64,000 nt of DNA from Nitrososphaeria archaeon (GTDB taxonomy: Archaea; Thermoproteota; Nitrososphaeria; Nitrososphaerales; JANXEG01), in the NCBI GenBank assembly GCA_029775915.1, contig JARVKA010000001.1:98594-162593 (forward strand). The letters are read 5' to 3'. Position 1 is the stretch's first letter. Every line of letters begins with the position of its first letter. Below the pieces are notes generated by a model, which was given only the letters and a program-made list of their open reading frames with translations, was not told the DNA's origin and ran no database searches. A program made the position numbers and the translations under genes. This document shows, one piece after another, positions 48,233 to 57,218 of the stretch.

Positions 48233-49363
48233 ATGCATAATCGACAAGCCTCAACTTTTAATCATTCAGGGAAATTCGAATCTCCAAATTACGTTAGAAC
48301 AAGTTTAGCTGGTGCGATGATGTTAGGCTTTATACAAGGTCGCTTTTATCGTGATGCGAAATCATATTGCTTAAACCTCTTATTAACTTACAATGATGGT
48401 TGTATTGGTAAATGTGCATATTGTGGACTCTCACGTTCCCGCTCAATTAATGAGCCATGGTTTAAAAAGAGCTTTATAAGAGTGGATTGGCCAATAGTTA
48501 ATCTTGAAGATGTGATTGAAAGAATTCACACAGCTACTTGTGATTTAGAACGTGTTTGTATATCTATGATAACTAACGGTAGAGCAAAATCTGATACTTT
48601 AACTATTGTAAAGAGAATTAGAAGTGTATTCGATCAAATTTCTGTTCTTATAACTCCAACAATTGTGGATAAGGCTTGGTTAGAAGAGGTTAAGGATTTA
48701 GGTGCAGATATGATTGGTGTAGCTATTGATGCTGCAACAAAAAATCTCTTTGATAAGCTTAGAGGTAAAAATGTTGGCGCTCCTCATCGATGGGAACAAT
48801 ATTGGAGCATTTTAAAATCTGCTATAGATATTTTTGGTAAATTCAATGTAGGCATACACTTAATAGTTGGTTTAGGCGAAACTGAGCGTGAGATGGTAAT
48901 GACGATTCAACGTGCTTACGATATGGGTGCTTTAACACATCTTTTCTCATTCTTCCCTGAAGAAGGCTCACCTATGGAGCACCATCCACAACCACCAATA
49001 GGCTCCTATAGGCGTATACAATTGGCAAGATATTTAATTAATAACTCTCTTACTAGAGTTGATAAAATGTTATTCGATTATAAAGGTAGAATTGTAAATT
49101 TTGGCTTGGATGATAAAGAAGTTGAAAGATTCATAAATTCGGGAGAACCATTTATGACATCAGGTTGTAGAAGTAAGAATCGTGAAAATGCATGTAATAG
49201 ACCATACTCAAACTCAACACCATATCAAGCCTTAATAGGAGAGATAAGAAATTATCCTTTTAAACCCGAGCCAAAAGATATTGAGATAATACGATTACAA
49301 CTTTTTGATTATTCTGATATACCAGTTAAAAAATGGATTGACACACCTTACTTAATAGAGTGA
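48233..49363 (+). CDS. Radical SAM protein, LipS1/LipS2-type lipoyl synthase component
   Basis: CxxxCxxC motif CIGKCAYCG. 376 aa. First gene of a radical SAM / radical SAM / LplA / GGR-like cassette; which of LipS1 or LipS2 it is cannot be decided by eye. Confidence 0.6.
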   Translation: MHNRQASTFNHSGKFESPNYVRTSLAGAMMLGFIQGRFYRDAKSYCLNLLLTYNDGCIGKCAYCGLSRSRSINEPWFKKSFIRVDWPIVNLEDVIERIHTATCDLERVCISMITNGRAKSDTLTIVKRIRSVFDQISVLITPTIVDKAWLEEVKDLGADMIGVAIDAATKNLFDKLRGKNVGAPHRWEQYWSILKSAIDIFGKFNVGIHLIVGLGETEREMVMTIQRAYDMGALTHLFSFFPEEGSPMEHHPQPPIGSYRRIQLARYLINNSLTRVDKMLFDYKGRIVNFGLDDKEVERFINSGEPFMTSGCRSKNRENACNRPYSNSTPYQALIGEIRNYPFKPEPKDIEIIRLQLFDYSDIPVKKWIDTPYLIE

Positions 49364-49367
49364 TTAA

Positions 49368-50378
49368 ATGATGCATATACTTGATTATTGCTTTCATCAA
49401 CCTTTTACCAATCTTAAACACTTATTCAATAAAGCATCAGAAATCTTAAAGCGCAACTTTAATGGTAAAATCTTCTTTTACATACCGAGTATGGTAAGAT
49501 ATGAAACTAACTATTATAAATTTAATAAGCGAGCATTTCCAGCGATATCTGTAACAGGTAAAAAGTGCCTTCTTAATTGTGATCATTGTGGAGGAAAACT
49601 TCTTGAGAGTATGATTCCAGCTGAAAAGCCAGAAGAGGTTTATGATATATTAAGAAAGATTTATGAGAATGGTGGGAAAGGTTGTTTAATAAGCGGGGGT
49701 TGTAATCTTGAGGGCTACGTTCCTCTCGAACCTTTTTTACCTATAATAGCGAGGGCTAAACGTGAGATGGATTTAGAGATAGTTATGCATACAGGTTTAA
49801 TTCCACTAGAGATGATAAATGTGCTAATTGATACTAACGTAGATGCTATACTTCTTGATATAATCGGCTCTGAACTCACTCTCAAAAAAGTATGCCATCT
49901 TGAAAAAAAGATAGAAGCATTTGAAAGTTTACTTAAAGCACTTAATAATAAACGATTATCAGTAGTTCCACACATTGTAGTTGGTATGCATTATGGTAAA
50001 ATGTTAGGTGAGTTAATAGCTTTAGATTTAATTTCACGTTATAAGCCTGCTGCAGTTGTGATAGTAGCCTTTATGCCAATTGAAAGTACTAAAATGGCAA
50101 ATATTCAACCACCATCTCCACAAGATATAAGTAGAGTTATGCTTGCTGCTAGATTTTTATTACCATCTACACCCATTGTATTGGGATGTGCTAGACCAAG
50201 AGGTAATCATAGAATAACTACGGATGCTTTAGCGATTAAATGTGGTTTAAATGGTATCGCTTATCCTACTGAGGCTGCTTTTATTATTTGTGAAAATTTA
50301 GGTTATAATACGGTAATTTTTGATAAATGTTGTAGTCTCATTTGGAAGGATATTACTAAATTGAGTCATAAAATATGA
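49368..50378 (+). CDS. Radical SAM protein, LipS1/LipS2-type lipoyl synthase component
   Basis: CxxxCxxC motif CLLNCDHCGG. 336 aa. Starts 4 nt after the previous gene, and its stop overlaps the lplA start. Confidence 0.6.
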   Translation: MMHILDYCFHQPFTNLKHLFNKASEILKRNFNGKIFFYIPSMVRYETNYYKFNKRAFPAISVTGKKCLLNCDHCGGKLLESMIPAEKPEEVYDILRKIYENGGKGCLISGGCNLEGYVPLEPFLPIIARAKREMDLEIVMHTGLIPLEMINVLIDTNVDAILLDIIGSELTLKKVCHLEKKIEAFESLLKALNNKRLSVVPHIVVGMHYGKMLGELIALDLISRYKPAAVVIVAFMPIESTKMANIQPPSPQDISRVMLAARFLLPSTPIVLGCARPRGNHRITTDALAIKCGLNGIAYPTEAAFIICENLGYNTVIFDKCCSLIWKDITKLSHKI

Positions 50379-51976
50379 AATCATTTTGGAGAGTTCTTGA
50401 TACAGGTTTTAAAAGTGCAGCAGAGAATATGGCTTTAGATGATGTAATCTTAGATTGTAAAGCTATGGAATTAATCCCAAATACAATTCGCTTTTTACGC
50501 TTCAAGCCACCATGTGTACTTATAGGGTATCATCAAGATGTTGAACATGAAGTAAGATTGGATTATGTTAAAGCTAACAATATAGATGTTAATAGAAGAA
50601 TTACAGGTGGAGGTGCTATTTACTTTGATGAGAACACAATAGGTTGGGAGATTTTTGCATCTAAGTCTTCCATAGAAGATTGTAATAAAATTGAGGATTT
50701 ATTTGAAATTATGTGTAAAGCGCCTATTAAGGCACTTAGAAAGATTGGAATAAATGCAACATTTAGACCAAAAAATGATATAGAAGTAAATGGTAGAAAA
50801 ATCTCAGGGACTGGTGGTACAGAGAGAGGTTGTGCTTTTTTATTTCAAGGCACTTTATTAACTGATTTTGATATAGAGTCGATGATTAAATCGCTTAGAA
50901 TACCTATTGTAAAGCTGAAGGATAAAGGGATACAGTCAGTTAAGCAAAGAATCACATGTGTGAAATGGGAATTGGGTTATACATTAACTTATGAAGAATT
51001 TAAGCGTTTACTTATTGAATGTTTCGAAGAAACATTCAATATTGAATTAATTGAAGGTGGTTTATCTGAAAAAGAAGAGCGTTTATTATCAGAGAGACTC
51101 CCATACTTTCAATCGCCAGAATGGCTTTATTTAGATCGTCGAGCACCTGAAGAGAGTGGTATAGTTAGAGCTATCGATAAAACAAAAGGTGGATTGATTG
51201 AGGTTACGCTATCATTAGATAAAAGGGCAAAAGTTATTAAATCTATACTTATCACGGGAGATTTTTTTGTCACGCCAGCGAGGGGGATACTCGATTTGGA
51301 AGCTGCACTTAAATTTAGTAGCTACGATGAAGAATCTATTAAAAAGATAGTTACATCAACCTTCAAAAGGTATAATATACAAATAGTTGGGATAGAGCCA
51401 CAAACCATTATCAACTTAATACTTGAAGCTATTAATAAAATGAGATATGAAGAGCTAGGTATAAGCTTAGAGGAAGCTAACAGTATTTACTCTCTTACAA
51501 AAGATCTTTCAAGTCTTTTGAATGGGAATTGTAAATATCTTCTTCTTCCATACTGCTCTAAACTCCTAAGTTGTTCATTACGCAAAGAGGAGGGTTGTTC
51601 ATTATGTGGATTGTGTAGCGTTGGTGAGGCATACAAACTTGGACAAGAAGCTGGCCTTATAGTTAAAACTATACAAAACTTTGAGCATTTAATGGAAACA
51701 TTAAAAGAGATAAAAAAATCAAACTCAAGTTACATAGGTTGTTGTTGTGAAGCATTCTATATAAAGCATTTAGATGATCTTCGAGAAACAAAAGTTCCAG
51801 CTTTACTTATAGATATAGATGATAAAACTTGCTACGATCTTGGTAAAGAGGATGAAGCTTATAAAGGCTCTTTTGAAGGCCAAACAACCTTAAAGTTAGA
51901 CTTATTAAAAAAGCTCATTGAAGCTATAAGATTTAAAGATCATTTTCAAAATAAAGAGAGTGTTCAACTTTCATGA
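50375..51976 (+). CDS. lplA: Lipoate-protein ligase (LplA catalytic + LplB-like accessory domain) fused to a Cys-rich C-terminal domain
   Basis: BPL/LPL catalytic pattern (..LRFKPPCVLIGYHQ.., lipoyl-AMP lysine motif NGRKISGTGG). About 150 extra C-terminal residues carry CSLCGLCSVGEAY and GCCCEAFY. Confidence 0.75.
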   Translation: MKSFWRVLDTGFKSAAENMALDDVILDCKAMELIPNTIRFLRFKPPCVLIGYHQDVEHEVRLDYVKANNIDVNRRITGGGAIYFDENTIGWEIFASKSSIEDCNKIEDLFEIMCKAPIKALRKIGINATFRPKNDIEVNGRKISGTGGTERGCAFLFQGTLLTDFDIESMIKSLRIPIVKLKDKGIQSVKQRITCVKWELGYTLTYEEFKRLLIECFEETFNIELIEGGLSEKEERLLSERLPYFQSPEWLYLDRRAPEESGIVRAIDKTKGGLIEVTLSLDKRAKVIKSILITGDFFVTPARGILDLEAALKFSSYDEESIKKIVTSTFKRYNIQIVGIEPQTIINLILEAINKMRYEELGISLEEANSIYSLTKDLSSLLNGNCKYLLLPYCSKLLSCSLRKEEGCSLCGLCSVGEAYKLGQEAGLIVKTIQNFEHLMETLKEIKKSNSSYIGCCCEAFYIKHLDDLRETKVPALLIDIDDKTCYDLGKEDEAYKGSFEGQTTLKLDLLKKLIEAIRFKDHFQNKESVQLS

Positions 51977-53040
51977 GTGTTGATTATGATGTAATTATCG
52001 TAGGTGCAGGTCCAGCTGGCTCATCTGCAGCTATAAGTTGTGCTAAAGTAAATTCCAAAACACTACTTATTGAACGTAGTTTTTTTGGTAGGCATAAACC
52101 TTGTGGCGGTATTTTACCACCAATTACCCTTTACATCTTTGATGAGTTAGGGATAAATATACCTTCAAAAGTTTTTTGCAATCCTAAAAGCCTTAAGCTA
52201 TTTTACATACCTCCAAGTGGCAAGTTGAATGGAGGAGCTTTAAAATGTTACAAACTTCTCAATATTAATAGAGATTTATTTGATAAATGGTTGGTTGAAG
52301 AGGCTTTAAATAAGGGTGTTGACTTTCAAACAAACTCAACTGTAATATCATTTAAACAAGATGATGATAATGTGGAGGTAAAGTTAAGGTGCCGTGATGA
52401 AAATATAAGAGTAACTGCTAAATATTTACTTGCAGCAGATGGTACTCATTCAATTATAAGAAAGTGCTTTGAAGGGGCTTATCAAAAATTTTTAATCATA
52501 ATGCAAGAATATTGGAAGTGTGAGGGCGAGTTTGAAGATTGTTTTTATACCATTTTAAGTAAAAGAATAACACCAACTTATGGTTATGTTGTGCCGAAGG
52601 ATAACGCCATATTAATTGGAAGTGGTGCTAAAGACTTAAAACAAAGTATTCAAAGTTTAGAGAACTTAAAGAATTGGTTGAAAGAGGAATTTAAATTCAA
52701 GCCCCAATCTTTAATTAAAAGGGAAATTGGTTTTATACCATACGATAAATGTTTTATCGGAATGGGTCGAGTTATACTATTAGGTGACGCTGCAGGTTTT
52801 TGCAATAAATTCTCTGGTGAAGGTGTAAGATTCGCACTTGAAAGCGGATTGATAGCATCAAAAGCGATAGAGGAAGCTGAGAATAAGGGTGTTCAAGTTT
52901 CTGAAGCATACGCTAAGAAAGTTCAACCTTTATTAGAATTTATAGAGAAGACTAAAAGTATCATCAATATAGATACTGATAAGTGGAGAGAAGAGTTCGT
53001 CTTAAATGAACTTAAGCGCTTGAATATTTGGCAAAGATAA
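51973..53040 (+). CDS. Geranylgeranyl-reductase-like FAD-dependent oxidoreductase (LipT-like)
   Basis: FAD motif DVIIVGAGPAGSSAA, and GDAAGF near the C-terminus. 355 aa. The 4-nt start/stop overlap with lplA indicates co-translation. Confidence 0.65.
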   Translation: MSVDYDVIIVGAGPAGSSAAISCAKVNSKTLLIERSFFGRHKPCGGILPPITLYIFDELGINIPSKVFCNPKSLKLFYIPPSGKLNGGALKCYKLLNINRDLFDKWLVEEALNKGVDFQTNSTVISFKQDDDNVEVKLRCRDENIRVTAKYLLAADGTHSIIRKCFEGAYQKFLIIMQEYWKCEGEFEDCFYTILSKRITPTYGYVVPKDNAILIGSGAKDLKQSIQSLENLKNWLKEEFKFKPQSLIKREIGFIPYDKCFIGMGRVILLGDAAGFCNKFSGEGVRFALESGLIASKAIEEAENKGVQVSEAYAKKVQPLLEFIEKTKSIINIDTDKWREEFVLNELKRLNIWQR

Positions 53041-53128
53041 CTTTCATTAGATTATGTAAGATATTAAAACGATTTTTCGATAGGATTAAAAATTAGTGGT
53101 TACCACATTATAATCAGAGGAGTAGAAA

Positions 53129-53449
53129 ATGGAGATAATGGGAAAGGAAGTTTTATGGATTAGGAATGAGGGGCTAAGCATGAAAACGGTTATACGAGTG
53201 GGCATTACAGAACGCCTCACGAATATTCTTAATTCTATTAAAGCTATTCGATTATTATCAGAGGGTAGGTGTGTGAATGAAGATTTCCCATTCGCTTTAA
53301 TCGAGTATGGTAAACGTAAAATACTTTTAAAAAGCCCTATCTCTGGATTTATTCTTGAGGTTAATAAAGAGGTTTTGAAGAACCCACAATTGATTAATAA
53401 CGATCCTTATGGTAAAGGTTGGCTCGCTTTAATAAAACCTACACCTTAG
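53129..53449 (+). CDS. Minimal GcvH-like lipoyl-carrier protein (LbpA-like)
   Basis: 106 aa. IEYGKRKILLKSPISG has the lysine 8 residues before P-x-SG, as in the H-protein ESVKA..P-x-SG segment. C-terminal NNDPYGKGWL. Lacks the usual N- and C-terminal extensions. Confidence 0.65.
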   Translation: MEIMGKEVLWIRNEGLSMKTVIRVGITERLTNILNSIKAIRLLSEGRCVNEDFPFALIEYGKRKILLKSPISGFILEVNKEVLKNPQLINNDPYGKGWLALIKPTP

Positions 53450-54301
53450 GTGTTTAAATTGGTTGAATTACCAATAGTGATTGCTTCCGCATTCTTCACG
53501 ATTGGTACGATTATATTTATAATTGGCGTATTATTGAATTTGAGGATTTGGTTACTCGGTTCAGAGAGCATTATTGGGACCTTTAAAGAAGTCATATCAA
53601 CTCTCATAAACCCAAAGTTTTGGTCCACAATTCTTAAAACATTTATAACAAAAATTTTCGGCCAATATAAGCTTTACAAAATCGATAATTTAAGAGGGAT
53701 TGAAAAATGTTGCTTTGTAACTTTTTATGTGTTAGTCATACTTGCAAATCATATAGCAGCTGATATAGCGAGTGGTGCTAAAACATTAACAGAATTTATT
53801 ATAGAGTTTTTCAAATCACCATTCTTTCCAGGTTATATATTCTCCGAGTTAGGTGCTGAATTAAATGGTTTTTGGATAGCATTTCTCTTTATTGATAATT
53901 TCGCAATGGTAATGGTATTTCTCTCAGAAGGTTTAGTGATGTATAGAAGATTTATTAAAAAATATTTTATATTCGCCACAAAAGAGGATGTAATCGGCTT
54001 ACTATTACCAGTAATTTGGTTTATCTTTCGTTGGATCGCTGAAGCAGCAACTATTGTAAAGTTTGGTACACCATCTGGTAGTCATTATATGTTTATAGCT
54101 TACTTAATCTCAAGACCACTTACATTACTTACACCAAATCAAGTTGAGATTCTTTATAGTATTATGTGGCCGGCTTCAGGCTTCTTCCTTAGTCTTTTCT
54201 TTGGTTTAATACCCTATACTGGCAGGTTATGGCATGCTTTCGCTGGACCTATAACTATGTTACTTAACTCTGTACCATACAAAAAGGAGGTATTGAGGTA
54301 A
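53450..54301 (+). CDS. Polytopic membrane protein, NarI/HdrE/DsrM-like (putative cytochrome b quinone-interacting subunit)
   Basis: 283 aa with about 6 TM segments. C-terminal GRLWHAFAGP resembles the NarI-family R-L-x-H-x-x-x-x-P motif, and further His residues lie in TM segments (ANHIAAD, GSHYMF). The GTG start abuts the stop of the GcvH-like gene, and its stop overlaps the next start (TAATG). Confidence 0.5.
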   Translation: MFKLVELPIVIASAFFTIGTIIFIIGVLLNLRIWLLGSESIIGTFKEVISTLINPKFWSTILKTFITKIFGQYKLYKIDNLRGIEKCCFVTFYVLVILANHIAADIASGAKTLTEFIIEFFKSPFFPGYIFSELGAELNGFWIAFLFIDNFAMVMVFLSEGLVMYRRFIKKYFIFATKEDVIGLLLPVIWFIFRWIAEAATIVKFGTPSGSHYMFIAYLISRPLTLLTPNQVEILYSIMWPASGFFLSLFFGLIPYTGRLWHAFAGPITMLLNSVPYKKEVLR

Positions 54302-55545
54302 TGAAACAAACTAAAATCCCACTTAGTGTGAAGCAATTAATAGAGTTAGATGGGTGTGCGAGATGTGAGTTATGTAGAGAATTTTGCTCATTATATGCGT
54401 TATTAAATGAAAACCCACACCCACTCAAATTCCCAACTAGTACTGTAGCTGTAATTAAACAATTTAGATCGATTTTACGGGATCAATTTGGATTAAAAGC
54501 GAAGCTATTAAGAAGTAAACCTAAGATTAAAGAAAAGTTATGGATGCTCGCTGATGCATTATTTTTATATTGTACAACTTGTGGTAGATGTAAAGTGGTA
54601 TGCCCACTCGGTATTGACACATGGTCTCTTTTAAACTCTGTAAGAGAATACTTTATGAATAATTTCACAAGCCAATATCCTACACATTGTGTTATAGATT
54701 TTATATCAAACACGATTAATACAACTATACAAAATTCAGGCAATATCTTTAATGTATCAAATGCATCACGTCATGATTGGGCTTTATACACAGGTGCTGA
54801 TATTCAAGTAAAGGATAATGCAAAAGTCGTATACTTTGTGGGTTGCGTATCTTCTTACCAAGGTAGAGCTCAAGATATAGCTCATGCGATAACAGCGATT
54901 CTCAATTCAGTGGGAGAAGATTGGACTTTATTAAAGGATGAATGGTGTTGTGGACACCCACTCACTATAAGTGGTGCTGGGAATAAAGCAAAGAGTATTG
55001 CAGAGCATAATTTAAGGATGATAAGGGATGTTGGAGCTAAAATGGTTATAACAGGATGTCCAGGGTGCTATTTAGCCCTTAAGCATGAATATCCAAAGAT
55101 TTTAGGTAAACCTGTAGAGTTTGAAGTATTGCACTTTACAGAACTCTTAAATATTTATCTTAATGAGGGAAAATTAAAACCAATAAAACTCGATGGGAAA
55201 GTAACTTATCATGATCCATGTGAATTGGGAAGGTTGGGTGGTGTTTTAAATGAGCCACGACGAATTATTAATACCTTTACTAATGGATTGTTAGAACCTT
55301 ATGGTTCAGGTATGGATGGTATATGTTGTGGTTCTGGGGGGTTGATAAAAGCTACAAATCCTTCATTGGCTGACTTACTTGCAATTAAAAGGTTAGATAT
55401 GCTTATGGAAACTAAATCGAAGTTAATACTTTCCGCATGCCCTACATGTGTACAAAGCTTAAGTAAGGTAGCTATGGATAAAAATAAGGAATTACGTGTT
55501 ATAGATTTAGCTGAGTTAGTTGCTCAACAACTGGGCTTGATATAA
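54301..55545 (+). CDS. HdrD/DsrK/GlcF-like Fe-S protein (two 4Fe-4S ferredoxin motifs + two CCG domains)
   Basis: CARCELCREFC and CTTCGRCKVVCP clusters. CCG motifs WCCGHP and CCGSGG, plus YHDPCELGR and SACPTC. 414 aa. Confidence 0.8.
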   Translation: MKQTKIPLSVKQLIELDGCARCELCREFCSLYALLNENPHPLKFPTSTVAVIKQFRSILRDQFGLKAKLLRSKPKIKEKLWMLADALFLYCTTCGRCKVVCPLGIDTWSLLNSVREYFMNNFTSQYPTHCVIDFISNTINTTIQNSGNIFNVSNASRHDWALYTGADIQVKDNAKVVYFVGCVSSYQGRAQDIAHAITAILNSVGEDWTLLKDEWCCGHPLTISGAGNKAKSIAEHNLRMIRDVGAKMVITGCPGCYLALKHEYPKILGKPVEFEVLHFTELLNIYLNEGKLKPIKLDGKVTYHDPCELGRLGGVLNEPRRIINTFTNGLLEPYGSGMDGICCGSGGLIKATNPSLADLLAIKRLDMLMETKSKLILSACPTCVQSLSKVAMDKNKELRVIDLAELVAQQLGLI

Positions 55546-55548
55546 AGT

Positions 55549-55980
55549 TTACGTTAATTTAAGCCTTTGTAACTCACTTTTAATAAACTCCTCAAGTTCT
55601 TTGAGATCAGATATTAAAGCCTTCTTATCTTCCTCAAAATTTGATGGTTGTATAACAGCTATCCATCCAGCCCCATAAGGGTCTTCATTAAGTAACTTAG
55701 GTTGACTCTTTAAATTCTCATTCACTTCTACAAGTGTTCCTGAGACTGGTGAGATTAATGGGCCGACCCACTTCCCCGTCTCTATTGTTCCTAAAGGCTT
55801 TCCTTTAACAACTAATTTACCTTTAGGCAAAAGTCGGATGAAAGTTATTGGCCCTGCCGATCTTTGAGCAACATCAGTTACTCCAACACGCACCTTTCCA
55901 TTCTCTAACTTAACCCACATATGGTCTTTTGAGTAATATAACCCTTCTTTAAACTCGAATTTTTCAAGTAACTTTACCAA
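55549..55980 (-). CDS. gcvH: Glycine-cleavage H-protein family lipoyl-carrier protein
   Basis: 143 aa. HMWVKLENGKVRVGVTD, lipoyl-lysine segment IETGKWVGPLISPVSG, and NEDPYGAGWI. Last gene of the glcD-glcE-glcF-like operon. Confidence 0.8.
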   Translation of the reverse strand: MVKLLEKFEFKEGLYYSKDHMWVKLENGKVRVGVTDVAQRSAGPITFIRLLPKGKLVVKGKPLGTIETGKWVGPLISPVSGTLVEVNENLKSQPKLLNEDPYGAGWIAVIQPSNFEEDKKALISDLKELEEFIKSELQRLKLT

Positions 55981-56059
55981 GTTTACCCCAAAAATTTTTC
56001 AACTTAATGGTTTATTAATTTTATGCATTCTTCTAAGAGTTTTTTATTATACAGTAATT

Positions 56060-57217
56060 TTACATTAAACCTAATCTTTGAGCGATGAGTTCTGCTATAT
56101 CAATTACTTGTAGAGCTTTATTCTTACGTGAGGTAGCATCAGCAAGGCTTTGATAACAAGTTGGACAAGCTGAGATTATAACCTCAGCACCTGTTTTAAT
56201 GAGCATTTCTAATCGCTTATTAGCTATACTCTCAGATAATTGTGAATCGGTAACTTTTAAAAGCCCCCCTCCGCCACAACAAAATCCTTCTTTACCACGC
56301 TCTATTGGTTCTACAAATTTATCACTTATAGATTTAATTACCCTTCTTGGCTCATTTATAATCCCTAAAATCCTTCCCAACTCACATGGATCGTGATAAG
56401 TTACTTTACTCTCAAATTTAGGTATTTTTAGCTTTCCTTTCTTTATATATTCGTCTAAAATTTGTGAAAAGTGTAAAACTTCGAAGTTAAGTTTTCGCCC
56501 CAATACCTCTGGATACTCTTTTTTTAACGCTAAGCAACAACCCGGACATCCGCTAACTACCTTCGTTGCACCAGTTTCCTCTATCATCTTTACGTTATGC
56601 TCTGCAACTTTTTTGAACTCTTTTGTAGCGCCTTCTAACTTTAATGGGTGTCCACAACACCATTCATCCTTTAATAAAGTCCAATCTTCTCCAACGTAAT
56701 TTAAGATTGATGCTATAGCTTGAGCGACTCCTTGTATCCTTCCAGAGTATGATGTGACACAACCAACAAAATATACCATATCGGCTTTATCTTTTATTGG
56801 AGCTTCAACGCCTGTATAAATTACCCAATCCTTTCTTAATGTGTTATCCATCATAAAGATATTCTTCGCATTATTTATAGTATTTACCAATTGCTCAGCC
56901 CCAAGAGGTACTGCATTTGCTTCAGCCATAATTTCACGAGTGATAAACATTATATCCGTATATTTTACTGCGGATGGACAAGCGATTTCACAATTCGCAC
57001 ACATAGTGCATTTATAAAGGTGATTCGCCACATCCTTAGCTATATCGATTCTTTTATCAACCATAGCTCTGGTTAAATAAAGCCTCCCTCTTGGTGAATC
57101 TGCCTCAATTCCTAATACTCTATAAGTTGGGCAACTTTGAAGGCAGAAGCCACAATGAACACAACGAAGAATTAATTTGTAATAATCGGATTGGTCGAGT
57201 TTATTAAATTTAGCCAA
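56060..57217 (-). CDS. glcF: GlcF/HdrD-like Fe-S subunit (two 4Fe-4S motifs + two CCG domains)
   Basis: CVHCGFCLQSCP, CTMCANCEIACP, WCCGHP, CCGGGG and SACPTC. Close paralog of 54301-55545 in the C-terminal two thirds. Confidence 0.8.
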   Translation of the reverse strand: MAKFNKLDQSDYYKLILRCVHCGFCLQSCPTYRVLGIEADSPRGRLYLTRAMVDKRIDIAKDVANHLYKCTMCANCEIACPSAVKYTDIMFITREIMAEANAVPLGAEQLVNTINNAKNIFMMDNTLRKDWVIYTGVEAPIKDKADMVYFVGCVTSYSGRIQGVAQAIASILNYVGEDWTLLKDEWCCGHPLKLEGATKEFKKVAEHNVKMIEETGATKVVSGCPGCCLALKKEYPEVLGRKLNFEVLHFSQILDEYIKKGKLKIPKFESKVTYHDPCELGRILGIINEPRRVIKSISDKFVEPIERGKEGFCCGGGGLLKVTDSQLSESIANKRLEMLIKTGAEVIISACPTCYQSLADATSRKNKALQVIDIAELIAQRLGLM

Positions 57218-57218
57218 A

